NCBI GenBank assembly: GCA_002269645.1
Contig: NIVC01003678.1
Location: 19,314 to 83,313 of the forward strand
Direction: 5' to 3'
Length of the DNA: 64,000 nt
Source: Macrostomum lignano
Taxonomy: Eukaryota
Below, in pieces: positions 51,011 to 63,269 of the stretch. The position numbers and the translations under genes are program-made. The notes below the pieces were generated by a model. That model saw nothing but the letters and a program-made list of their open reading frames with translations, was not told the DNA's origin and ran no database searches. Position 1 is the stretch's first letter. Each line of letters starts with the position of its first letter.

Positions 51011-51214
51011 ATGGGCACGCTTAACACGGGCGACGAGGCGCAGATACCCGACGACTTCTCGGCTGAGCAGCTTCGCTCCGGACAAGCATTGAACATGCTT
51101 TTCAGCGGCGGCCTTGCTGGCGCGCTGTCTCGCACCTGCACCGCTCCGTTGGACCGCTTGAAAGTATTGCGTCAAGTTTACGGATATCAGCACGCTGGCT
51201 CTTCCGCTATCAAG
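51011..51214 (+). CDS. SCaMC: SCaMC exon 4, start of the carrier domain
   Basis: IPDDFS, GGLAGALSRTCTAPLDRLKV. Confidence 0.95.
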
Positions 51215-51259
51215 GTAGCTGATCCGGAATCTAGGGATTTGCTTATTTATTTATATCCC

Positions 51260-51720
51260 TGTCTGGATTTCTTCTGATTACCCCACCTGAATTTCCCTTG
51301 ATTTCCCCACCTAGAGTTCCCCTGATTACCCCACCTGGAGTTCCCCTGATACCCCACCTGGATTTCCCTTGATTTCCCACCTGGATTCCCCTGATTACGA
51401 TTTCCCTTTGATTTCCCTACCTGGATTTCCCTTGATTTCCTCACATGGATTTCCCCTGATTACCCCACTTGGATTTCCCTTGATTTCCTCACATGGATTT
51501 CCCCTGATTACCCCACCTGGATTTCCCCTGATTTCCCCACCTGGATTTCCCCTGATTTCCCACCTGGATTCCCCTGATTTCCCACCTGGATTCCCCTGAT
51601 TACCCCACCTGGATTTCCCTTGATTTCCCCACCTGGATTCCCCTAATTTTCCCACCTGGAGTTCCCCTAATTTTCCCACCTGGAGTTCCCCTGTTTTTCC
51701 TACCTGGATTTCCCTGATTT
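51260..51720. repeat. ~22-bp minisatellite (TTTCCCTGATTACCCCACCTGGA-like)
   Basis: Fills SCaMC intron 4. Confidence 0.93.
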
Positions 51721-51788
51721 CATCTCCTGGCCTCTGCAATATTATGCTAAGTCTTTGTGCTAGCCCTTCTTCCAACCCTGCCCTCAAG

Positions 51789-52090
51789 GCCTTCCGCTGG
51801 ATGCTGCAAGAAGGCGGTATCCGGTCGTTGTGGCGAGGCAATGGAGTCAACGTAATAAAAATCGCCCCCGAGACGGCGATAAAGTACACGTTCTACGATT
51901 TCTATAAGCGCCTTTTGTTTGGCGGTCCGTCCGAACTGCAAATCCATCAGAAATTCCTAGCCGGCAGTCTGGCCGGGGCAACCAGTCAGACCATGATTTA
52001 TCCTATGGAGGTGGCTAAGACCAGGATGTGCTTGAGGAAGACAGGCCAATATCCCGGCGGCCTGGTTGGCTGCCTCGCGTCCGTGTACAG
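51789..52090 (+). CDS. SCaMC: SCaMC exon 5
   Basis: [48 protein letters not shown]. Confidence 0.96.
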
Positions 52091-52680
52091 GTTAGTTGTT
52101 GAATTGTGTACAGTTAGTTGTTGAATTGTGTACAGGTTAGTTGTTGAATTGTGTACAGGTTAGTTGTTGAATTGTGTACAGGTTAGTTGTTGAATTGTGT
52201 ACAGGTTAGTTGTGTAACTGTGTACAGGTTAGTTGTTGAATTGTGTACAGGTTATTTGTGTAACTGTGTACAGGTTAGTTGTTGAATTGTGTACAGGTTA
52301 GTTGTTGAATTGTGTACAGGTTAGTTGTGTAACTGTGTACAGGTTAGTTGTTGAACTGTGTACAGGTTAGATTTTGAATTGTGTACAGGTTTATTGTTGA
52401 ACTGTGTACAGGTTAGTTTTTGAATTGTGTACAGGTTAGATGTTGAACTGTGTACAGGTTAGTTTTTTAATTGTGTACAGGTTAGTTGTTGAACTGTGTA
52501 CAGGTTAGTTTTTTAATTGTGTACAGGTTAGTTGTTGAACTGTGTACAGGTTAGTTGTTTAACTGTGTACAGGTTAGTTGTTTAACTGTGTGCAGGTTAG
52601 TTGTAACTGTGTACAGGTTAGTTGTTTAACTGTGTACAGGTTAGTTGTTTAACTGTGTACAAGGTTAGTTGTTGAATCGT
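52083..52680 (+). repeat. 23-bp minisatellite built from the exon 5 donor site (GTGTACAG|GTTAGTTGTTGAATT)
   Basis: The first unit overlaps the exon end. Confidence 0.95.
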
Positions 52681-52741
52681 TTATCGTTTGTCGCCAGTTC
52701 ACTCAAACCAATCTTCCTTGCACTTCCTGACGCCTCGGCAG

Positions 52742-52905
52742 AGAGGGTGGCACCCGCGCCCTGTTCCGCGGCTACACAATCAACCTGGCTGGCATTCTTC
52801 CCTACGCTGGCATCGAGCTGGCCGCCTACGAAACCACGCGGACCTGGCTGTTCCGCGACCTGCCCTCGCACGAAGCTCCCTCTGTGGCGGCTCTGCTGCT
52901 TTCAG
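52742..52905 (+). CDS. SCaMC: SCaMC exon 6
   Basis: EGGTRALFRGYTINLAGILPYAGIELAAYET; phases consistent with neighbouring exons. Confidence 0.95.
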
Positions 52906-52944
52906 GTGCGTGACGAGGCTGGGCAGTGCGGTTGGGCGGTGGGA

Positions 52945-55080
52945 AATTCTTTGGGATTTGAATTTGTGGAGGAGATTCTTTGGTATTCGAGTTTGTAGGG
53001 GAGATTCTTTGGGATTCGAGTTTGTGGAGGAGATTCTTTGGGATTCAAATTTGGGGGAGATTCTTTGGGATTCGAGTTTGTGGGGGAGATTCAGTTTGTG
53101 TGGGGAGATACTTTGGGATTCGAGTTTGTGGGGGGAGATTGTTTGGTGCCTTGGTGGAGTTTGTGGGGAGATTCTTTGGGATTCGAGTTTGTGGAGGAGA
53201 TTCTTTGGGATTCGAGTTTGGGGGGAGATTCTTTGGGATTCGAGTTTGGGGGAGATTCTTTGGGATTCGAGTTTGTGGAGGAGATTCTTTGGTGCCTTGG
53301 TGGAGTTTGTGGGGAGATTCTTTGGGATTCGAGTTTGGGGGAGATTCTTTGGGATTCGAGTTTGTGGAGGAGATTCTTTGGGATTCGAGTTTGGGGGGAG
53401 ATTCATTGGGATTCGAGTTTGGGGGAGATTCTTTGGGATTCGAGTTTGGGGGGAGATTCTTTGGGATTCGAGTTTGGGGGGAGATTCTTTGGGATTCGAG
53501 TTTGTGGAGGAGATTCTTTGGTGCCTTGGTGGTTTGTGGAGGAGATTCTTTGGGATTCGAGTTTGTGGGGAGATTCTTTGGTGCCTTGGTGGAGTTTGGG
53601 GGGAGATTCTTTGGGATTCGAGTTTGTGGGGAGATTCTTTGGGATTCGAGTTTGGGGGGAGATTCTTTGGGATTCGAGTTTGTGGGGAGATTCTTTGGGA
53701 TTCGAGTTTGGGGGGAGATTCTTTGGGATTCGAGTTTGTGGGGAGATTCTTGGGATTCGAGTTTGTGGGGAGATTCTTTGGGGTTCGAGTTTGTGGAGGA
53801 GATTCTTTGGTGCCTTGGTGGAGTTTGTGGGGAGATTCTTTGGGATTCGAGTTTGTGGGGAGATTCATTGGGATTCGAGTTTGTGGGGAGATTCTTTGGG
53901 GTTCGAGTTTGTGGGGATTCTTTGGGATTCGAGTTTGTGGAGGAGATTCTTTGGTGCCTTGGTGGAGTTTGTGGGAGATTCTTTGGGATTCGAGTTTGTG
54001 GGGAGATTCATTGGATTCGAGTTTGTGGGAGATTCATTGGGATTCGAGTTTGTGGGGATTATTTGGGGTTCGAGTTTGTTTGTGTTTATTTGGGATTTGA
54101 GTTTGTTTGTGATTCTTTGGGATTCGAGTTTGTTGGGAGATTCTTTGGGATTCGAGTTTGAGGAGGAGATTCTTTAGGATTCGAGTTTGTTGGGAGATTC
54201 TTTGGATTCGAGGTTTTTGGGAGATTCTTTGGGATTCGAGGTTTTTGGGAGATTCTTTAGGATTCGAGTTTGTTGGGAGATTCTTTGGGATTCGAGGTTT
54301 TTGGGAGATTCTTTAGGATTCGAGTTTGTTGGGAGATTCTTTGGGATTCGAGGTTTTTGGGAGATTCTTTAGGATTCGAGTTTGTTGGGAGATTCTTTGG
54401 GATTCGAGGTTTTTGGGAGATTCTTTAGGATTCGAGTTTGTTGGGAGATTCTTTGGGATTCGAGGTTTTTGGGAGATTCTTTAGGATTCGAGTTTGTTGG
54501 GAGATTCTTTGGGATTCGAGGTTTTTGGGAGATTCTTTAGGATTCGAGTTTGTTGGGAGATTCTTTGGGATTCGAGGTTTTTGGGAGATTCTTTAGGATT
54601 CGAGTTTGTTGGGAGATTCTTTGGGATTCGAGGTTTTTGGGAGATTCTTTAGGATTCGAGTTTGTTGGAGATTCTTTGGGATTCGAGGTTTTTGGGAGAT
54701 TCTTTAGGATTCGAGTTTGTTGGGAGATTCTTTGGGATTCGAGGTTTTTGGGAGATTCTTTAGGATTCGAGTTTGTTAGGAGATTCTTTGGGATTCGAGG
54801 TTTTTGGGAGATTCTTTAGGATTCGAGTTTGTTAGGAGATTCTTTGGGATTCGAGGTTTTTGGGAGATTCTTTAGGATTCGAGTTTGTTGGGAGATTCTT
54901 TGGGATTCGAGTTGTTGGAGATTCTTTAGGATTCGAGTTTGTTGGGAGATTCTTTGGGATTCGAGGTTGTTGGGAGATTCTTTAGGATTCGAGTTTGTGG
55001 GGAGATTCTTTGGATTCGAGTTTGTGGGGAGATTCATTGGGATTCGAGTTTGTTGGGAGATTCTTTGAGATTCGAGTTTT
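52945..55080. repeat. ~27-30-bp minisatellite (GGGAGATTCTTTGGGATTCGAGTTTGT)
   Basis: Fills SCaMC intron 6. Confidence 0.97.
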
Positions 55081-55112
55081 TTGAGTCTATAAATTTCCCA
55101 ATTAAATTTTAG

Positions 55113-55438
55113 GTGCCCTGGCCTCCTCAATCGGCATCGTGGCCTGCTACCCGCTGGCCTTGCTGCGCACCAAGATGCAGTCCAAGGTGCAGTTCAGCAG
55201 GCCGGAGCTCAACACTGTCAGAGGCCTGGCCGCCACGGTGTACCAAGCCGAAGGCATTGTTGGATTCTACCGCGGCATGGGCGCCAACCTGGTCAAGGTG
55301 CTGCCCTCGGTGGCTATCAGCTTTGCCACATTCGAGCGAATCAATCATTACTTTGACATCGCGCACCGTTCGGGCGGACCTCGTAGCCTCGGGTTGACTG
55401 TTTCCTTGGGTTTTGGGTCGGGTAGGGGCTGGTTGTAG
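55113..55438 (+). CDS. SCaMC: SCaMC exon 7 (terminal)
   Basis: YPLALLRTKMQ, EGIVGFYRGMGANLVKVLPSVAISF; stop at 55436-55438. Confidence 0.93.
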
Positions 55439-55539
55439 GGATCTTTTCATGGCTGCCGGTTTCTTTCGCTGTCTTTACTAAGAGTGCATTTTCACACAGA
55501 GATCAAGTTGATGTAAACGTCATCCACCCTGATCCTCAG

Positions 55540-56360
55540 TTGCGGGACCAGCCTCCCCGATCCTGTTGCTGGGCGACCCTCTCAGATCCTCATTTGCTGG
55601 GTCAGTCTCCCAGATCCTCAGTTGCTGGGCCAGTCTCCCAGAGTGTCAGTAGCTGGGCCAGCCTCCCAGAGTGTCAGTAGCTGGGCCAGTCTCCCAGAGT
55701 GTCAGTAGCTGGGCCAGTCTCCCAGAGTGTCAGTAGCTGGGACAGCCTCCCAGATCCTCAGTTGCTGGGCCAGCCCCCCAGTTCCTCAGTTGCTGGGACA
55801 GCCTCCCAGATCCTCAGTTGCTGGGACAGCCTCCCAGATCCTCAGTTGCTGGGCCAGCCTCCCAGATCCTCAGTTGCTGGGCCAGCCCCCCAGTTCCTCA
55901 GTTGCTGGGACAGCCTCCCAGATCCTCAGTTGCTGGGACAGCCCCCCAGTTCCTCAGTTGCTGGGCCAGCCCCCCAGTTCCTCAGTTGCTGGGACAGCCT
56001 CCCAGATCCTCAGTTGCTGGGACAGCCTCCCAGATCCTCAGTTGCTGGGCCAGCCTCCCAGATCCTCAGTTGCTGGGCCAGCCCCCCAGTTCCTCAGTTG
56101 CTGGGACAGCCTCCCAGATCCTCAGTTGCTGGGACAGCCTCCCAGATCCTCAGTTGCTGGGCCAGCCTCCCAGAGTGTCACTTGCTGGCCAGTCTCCCAG
56201 AGTGTCAGTAGCTGGGCCAGCCTTCCAGATCCTCAGTTGCTGGGCCAGCCTCCCAGATCCTCAGTTGCTGGGCCAGCCTCCCAGATCCTCAGTTGCTGGG
56301 CCAGCCTCCCAAATCCTCAGTTGCTGGGATACCCTCTCAAATCCTCAGTTGCTGGGCCAG
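55540..56360. repeat. 28-bp minisatellite (CTGGGCCAGCCTCCCAGATCCTCAGTTG)
   Basis: Tandem array just downstream of the SCaMC stop. Confidence 0.96.
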
Positions 56361-58702
56361 CGCTATCCTCAGAATCAGGCTGTGGGCATGAATCTGAAAC
56401 ATTTCATTTCACTTACAAGTGGAAATCAGAAACCCTTTAGTCTCGGTCAAATCTGCAGCAATAGAATCTGAACTGTTTTAATCTAGTATAGTCATACTGT
56501 ATGCTCGTCTTAAAGTAATTAAAAGTAGCTATTGCCTAATATTACACTGTCTTTCCTTTTTGTTAAAGTATGTTAATTGCTTTGCGCAGAAGAAATGTAT
56601 CTTAATTTCTGTGTAAATTAATTTCCTCTTTTTTATACTTTACTCGTATGAAAGTCAATCAAAAACGTTGCTGCAAGTGCATTACCCACGCAATCCCATT
56701 GCCTTCTGTGCACTTAGTACGAATTTCATTATGATAGAAAGTACTTGTAGCATATGTATTTTAGTGTATTGCTTCCGTTCCTGGCTTTACTTTTCAATGT
56801 ATTATTGTAATTGCCCAAGCGGTATATTTTTTGCGGTTGCTTTTTTTATTTTTACTCTTACTTCTTCATTGTTTTGCCTAAGAAATTTTCTGTCCTGCGC
56901 TCCTTCTTTCGTTAATTATGTTTTCAGTTTCGCATGTTAGAAAAAGACGGCGTCTGAGTTACACTAGCATCTGCTAGACTGGCTGAAGAGCGCGGGAATT
57001 AGAAATTGTGAGTTTTCATCAGCTCCGCCATCTGCCAGCCAATCAGATTCGAGCAAGGCGTGAGGTTGTTGTTCTTGAAAGGGTAGGAAAATATCGATTA
57101 AATGTTGAATGTTTTCAAGCCTCAATAACGGCAGCTGCCAGCCAATCAGATCCGAGCGAGGCCTGAGGTTTCTTTCCTTTAAAAATCAATTAAGTATGCT
57201 GATTGCACTGTATTTTGATAGCGCCAGCTACAGATGAGCAATCACAGCTATGTGAACTTTTTAGAACATACAATTTTGCATTGTTTAGTGTTGTTCCACT
57301 TGTTTTTAGGTTTGCAAATTGTTGCGTTTCAAATCATTTCTTGACCAATTTCTGCATTGTATATAATTATTTGCAACCACGTTGTCAACTATAAGGCGTC
57401 GAGTCGAAACTGACTGAAGCTCCATCGTCATTTTACTTTACCGTTCCCGCCCCCCCCCTACAAGTAATTCTTGTACTCCACTCCGAAATGAATATGATTC
57501 CTAGTTTGGAAATTCTGTTGGCTTTCTTGTGTTGTATTGTATAGCATCCAAAAAGATGTAGAATTATAAATAAGGTATAAATATGGTATGTCTATTTTGT
57601 TAATCTTTTTAGTGCGTTAAATCAACGTTGTGGCCTCTAGTTACTTTTTAGTAGGCGATTATAGCTGTATCTGCAATAGCAGAATTGGTCAAACTGGTTT
57701 TCCTTTTTTACTAGAAAGTTTTTTTTCCTCCGTGAGTTTTGCCGGCGCTTTCTGTTGCATTATCTTACTTATAGTACGAGTTAACAGTTTTTTACTATTG
57801 CAAAAACTATTTAACTATTCGATGCGACACGCCGCGCTTTGTTGTATGCAAGGACGATAATATTATGTACTACAAAATACATGTATCAGAAAGGAATGGC
57901 ACAATCTTGATCGCTTTTCCATTTAACTAATATAACATTGTCACTTAAAATACGGAATGAACCTGTCGTATCGCATTTGGCTTCAAGGGCAAGGGCGAAT
58001 TTGCTACCGCAAATTCTAGCATTTCAGTTTCGCTAGTCATGAGTACCACCAACTCTGTTCCTCGAACTTTAATTTGATGTATCCATCAGCTGGATTTATT
58101 CACTAATTTACTGTCTTGTGGGACTTTTCGACCAACTGAATTAAAAGGATTCCCTATGTAAGACTTCACCGTCTTCACGTGTACTTGACAGGGTCACATG
58201 TACAGTGCACGTGACAGCCCACATTAACTACCTTCGACTGATAAGTTCAAGGAAAAATTTAAATGTTCGGCCGTTCATTGGGTCATTTATACATTTTCTT
58301 TTCTATGTAATCCGCTCAAAAGGGGTGTTTAATTTAGTAATTTACGCACATACGCTAATAATACTCGTAATGGTACGAAACGAACTACTTTTTAGGCTGT
58401 AAAATATATATTTACATGTACTTTTTAGACTGAAAATTTCCCCACAATAGATTTAAATTGCAAATAAAGGTTAGTGTTTAGATTATTTGTTAATTTTATT
58501 GAGCGGCTTCTTATAAAATTTAAATGTAAAAACAGCAGATATATATATCATCGATAACATCTTTACTGTTAGTGCTGCTTAAACGTTGAACCCTATAATA
58601 AACGTTCTAAACGTTAAATCCTCTGAAGAGACATCAATTAATTCAGTTTTGCCTCTGTGTTAATATCCTAGAAATTTATAAAGTAAATTTTAGGCATTCT
58701 CA

Positions 58703-58867
58703 ATGGCTGGGAAGGTTGTTAAGCAGTTAGCTGGCAGTGGTAGCGGCAAAGCCTTATGGATCGGGTTACTGCTGCAAAACACTCTCTTGCTGGATCAGGA
58801 CTTGCAAAAGCCGTTTGCAAAGCAACCACAGAAGAAATCACGGCCCCAAAGAAGAAACACTTACAGT
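58703..58867 (+). CDS. PICALM: PICALM/AP180 (ANTH domain) exon 1, with an apparent 1-bp deletion near 58747
   Basis: (GQSL)[37 protein letters not shown]; GTAAGT donor in phase 1. Confidence 0.88.
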
Positions 58868-59461
58868 GTAAGTTGTTTGTCTTTGACATGTAGATGGTTA
58901 GGCCTATCATTTTATTTCTTTATTATGAGGCTTATTAAGCTTTCTTAATTCTACTGCCTTGCTGAGGCTGGCTCCCTAGCCCAAAGTGTATTTCATAGTA
59001 GTCATGCACTACTTTATTCATATTTTAATTATTTTTTACTTCTGGTTCCATACGTATTATATATATGTAAGTTAAAAGATTAGGTGTTAGGCCTAGACTT
59101 TGCACTATATATGATAATTGACTATTGATATTAACAATACTCTGTCTATTATTTTAAATGAATACAAACACAAAGTCCTAAATATTAGACTTATTGATTT
59201 TTTAACTAGGCTTAACTACTTTTCTTTTGATATATATATTTTTAAAAGGTTAATGTTTTTATTAGGCTTATATATAATTATTAGCAGTGCTTATCCCCAA
59301 GGTACCATAGGAATAATTTGTCTTATTCCTACAGTACTGTGGGCTGTAGTTTAGATTGTGTATACGGGTCTAGTAGGGGAAAAAATACAGGACCTTATTT
59401 GTATGCCAGGACTAAAACGTTTTCATTTTGCTCCATTTCAAATAAATTCATTATTTATTAT

Positions 59462-60664
59462 GGCTATCCTGCATTTTCGTTCGTTAAATTATTTTTTCAC
59501 GTGGAATTAATTTTACATGATCTCACAAGTTCAGCACAGGCAATAAAAAATATTATGGGACATACAGAACACCCGAAAAGTTTAAGAAAGTTTGTTATAG
59601 TCAAGTCAGTTTAAACATTAGTCTCCGGATTACAGTGGGTAGTAATGGGTCACCCAGTACAGAAAGTTGCCGAAATGATGCTCATTTGGGTAGAGCCGGC
59701 GCCACAGGAACTCTGCAGGTGCAACTTGAAGAGCCCATTGCTGGTACCGTGCCCCTGATGCAGCTTGGCCTTGCAGTGCGCCCAGCTGCCCTCGATTGTG
59801 TTGGGTGTGCACTGTCGGGTCCTGTGGGTCCACGAAATTGAGTCGATGGTTGACACTCGCATGGTTGAAGCCCATGGCAGCAAGGCCATTGTACGACTGC
59901 CATCCATCAGTGATGACTCGGGAACTGGGCAGGATGTACTGCTGCAGAATAGGCAGCAGTGTTTCGGCACGTCGATTCTCAACCACCACCATCATGCATT
60001 TGTTACTGCCACGCTCTACCATTCAAGCACCCAGTGGCCCTCACGATAGTTGCCGACATGGTACTTGCGGTGGAAGAATTTGCTCTTGTCCACCTCCACT
60101 TCAATGTTCGGGCCACCAAGCTGCATTGGGTGGTCAATGAGTACCTGGGCACACACATCGCGGCAGAAGTTGGCCCAGTCGACACTGGTATGCGGCTGCT
60201 GGATGTCACACTGCAGCATGATGTCCTTCAGTGGTGTCTTCAGTGCCACAGTACACAAAGTCCACCAGTTGGTTAAGCGCTAGGTGGCTTCTCTCGAAAA
60301 AGAAGCCCTTCCTTATGGACTCCTGGCCGTGACACTCCTTGCAAGCCCAAGCCCAGCCATCCACATACCGGTCACCCTGACGATGCTGAAGGCGCATTTG
60401 AGGTGCAGCAGGGCAATGGCACCGACGCTCGTTTGACAGCAGCCAGTATTTGGCCAGCCAGCGCATCAGAGACGGTGTGTCAGTGGTCAAAAGAGCCAAG
60501 TCCCACATCCTTATGAGCGGCAGGTCGCATAGTTCCGCAGTAGGCCTTATCTCAGCTGGTGGGATGATAGTAGTGGGAGCAGCTAGACGACCCGCCATGT
60601 GGATGTGCAGTGTGGCTGAAAAAATGAAAAAAAATAATTTAACGAACGAAAATGCAGGATAGCC
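59462..60664 (-). mobile_element. Merlin (IS1016/IS1595-related) DNA transposon with a frameshifted transposase
   Basis: ~37-bp TIR GGCTATCCTGCATTTTCGTTCGTTAAATTATTTTTTC; TTATTAT flanks; LGGPNIEVEVDKSKF..RKYHVG, ITDGWQSY, VNHRLNFVDP, HTNTIEGSW spread over different frames. Confidence 0.9.
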
Positions 60665-62867
60665 TTATTATTCACAGCAATTTGAGCAACAAACTTAAAA
60701 ATGATGCACTTTTGCAATGTTCACTGAGAAAAAAAAAACAATAATAAAAGAAATACTTTCACTACTTTTTATTTACAAAAAGTTCATAAAATAAGTTTTT
60801 AAGGCACAAAGTTTGAGCTTTTTTTATTCTAGTTGTTTTGGTATTGGCAGTATTGTATATAGTGTATCTTATGTATAAAAGTCACTTTATTTAAGCCAAA
60901 AATTTTCTACTTTGTCATGTATATTAGATATATGCTGATGTATGCTAAAAATGGCAAGTAGTGTTGTGTATTGATAAATCCTAGTGTACATGTTGCCTTC
61001 CAAACTGTGGACCATGTGAATAATTTTCTGCTTATCCATATAGTATACTGGCAAGATAGCCACCTATGTTCTATATGTCTATTATTTTTTTACTTCTATA
61101 AAACAAATATTCAAGGGAAGTTATGTTTTTATACTGCAATTAAACTGTAAATAACAAAATATAAATTACTTTTATGGTATCTGTAAGAAAAAAAGCTAGA
61201 CTTATTTTGTCATTGTGCCATGCAGATAAAACATTAATTATTCCTTATGGTATCTTTAGGAACATAATATAGCTATATTGTCAGTGTGCTATGTAGGTAA
61301 GACAAATTATTCCCATGGTACTATAGGAATGACAGAAATTATTCTTATTGTACTATATGTATAAACACTGCCTTTATTAATATTAGTAAAACAATACAAA
61401 ATCTTACTTTTAAGGTTAGACTAAGCAATCTTAGTTTGAAGAATAAGTTTTTTAATACTATATTAGAATATGATCATGAGGCACGATAAAAAGATAAATG
61501 AAAGAAGGGAAACATAATAGAGACAATAGGAAACTTAGAGAAGAATTAGCTTTTTAAGCCAAGACCATAAAAGGACAAAGGGTAATCCATAATCAGGAAA
61601 ATAATATATATTATATCATTTGCTAGAATAATTTTTTGGGGGACAATGAATATACATTTTCTGCAAGTTTTTATATGATCTATATGTAATCTATTATATA
61701 TATAACACCTAGCCAACCCAGCCAATATAAGTCACAAAAATGCCCATCTAAAAGAATACAGAAATAGTACTAATTAGATGATAAGGCATTTAGCTTTATA
61801 AGATAGTTATTCTTGCTATTTATCCAAAATTGCAATAATTTTTTCTTTAATGTTTCTTTAATAGGTAAGTCATATTTTTGTTAAAAAGTAAGTCCCTTGG
61901 CCAGTGTAAATCAGGGGGGTTGCACATTTATGAGTTAGATTAACAAAGAATTATGCATTTTATTCTAATTGTGCTAAAAAAATTATACATTGAATGCATC
62001 AAGCACCTAATCTTAAATAAAAATCTATATTTGAAACCTTTCAAATTAGTTCAATTTATTCTACATTTGCTTAAAGTAAATTTAGTAAAAAGAATTAAGT
62101 TATATATTAATATATCATAGGATCATTATATTTTCCCTATGCTTAATAGCGTACGCCTAATAATGATTGTTTTAGATTATATATTTATTGTATAACTACT
62201 AGAATGTATGATATGTATAATTTTATTATATTAATCTGAAAAAATTAGGTTTTTAGTTGGATCAAATATCCAATATACCTCTAAATCTATGTTTATAATG
62301 TTTTTATATCATTGACAGCTTTTCTTTCTATCTTCTCATTTATTTTCTTTTCTTCCCACATTGTACAAAGCTATGTTAGCATTATTTTCTACTAAATATC
62401 TGCTTATAAAAATACCCCATAGTTGCTTGGCTGCAATATAACATCTATAATGCCTTAGAGCCTGCTTTTATGACAATGTCTCCTATAAGACATAAGAACA
62501 TCAACTGAGTTAATTGTCTTGAAGAATAATGGTGTGTTCTTTTGCATTTCCCAATGGTAAATAGTAATATCACCTTAGTGCAAGTTGGACAGGATCATAC
62601 AAGCAAATTTTTGGATTAAGCAGGATTGGGATTGGAATTCCATTTTACCTCTGTGCTTTGGCAGTTTTGTGCCACCTAAAGCCTTATAATAGCCTATAAT
62701 TAATAACCAACACTAGTAAATACATTTATTTTCAATCATTTGTATACTTTAAACAAATATATTTACTTATAGGAGACAGAGGCATGCCTCATAAGATTTA
62801 TGCAAGTTACACAAACAATGGCAAATCAGCCAAATCTTAAACTTATCTTTGTACAAATTTCGACCAG

Positions 62868-63176
62868 ACCTAATCGAGTGCACTAATGAGAGCAACGTCA
62901 GCATCCCGGAGCTCGCCAACGAGCTGCTGATCGTCTGAAGCATCCCAACTGGGTTGTAGTATTCAAATCGTTGATTACTCTGCACAATTTAATGAACCAC
63001 GGCAACGAGAGATTCGCCAGTACCTGGCCTCCAATAACTGCGCCATATCATCACCGAACTACTCGGACCGGACCACGCCTCAGGCTGCCGAGATGTCGAG
63101 ATTTATTGTCCGCTACAGCGCCTACATCCAGGAGAAGGCCACCGCCTACCGCCTGATGGCGTTCGACTTTTGCAAG
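62868..63176 (+). CDS. PICALM: PICALM/AP180 exon 2, with two apparent 1-bp deletions near 62926 and 63017; the gene continues beyond the window
   Basis: [65 protein letters not shown]. Confidence 0.9.
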
Positions 63177-63269
63177 GTTTGCTCTCTAAAGGCTGAGTGG
63201 GTTTAAATTTGTGTTTGGGTTCGCAGTAAAAAATCTGTCTAGGCTGCAGAGCTTGGGCATCTGCCTGAA

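Noticed and set aside
57030-57170. Duplicated CTGCCAGCCAATCAGAT motif as a CCAAT promoter module
   Set aside because: Only two short copies, about 1.5 kb from the nearest start codon; a repeat fragment is equally likely.
59630-60598. Bacterial IS1595 contamination or recent horizontal transfer
   Set aside because: It sits inside a spliceosomal intron with TIRs and a TSD, which fits the established eukaryotic Merlin superfamily.
59301-61322. Inverted repeat GGTACCATAGGAATAATTTGTCTT as the Merlin TIRs
   Set aside because: No TSD is present, and better TIRs with matching flanks lie at 59462 and 60664. It could belong to an older outer element.
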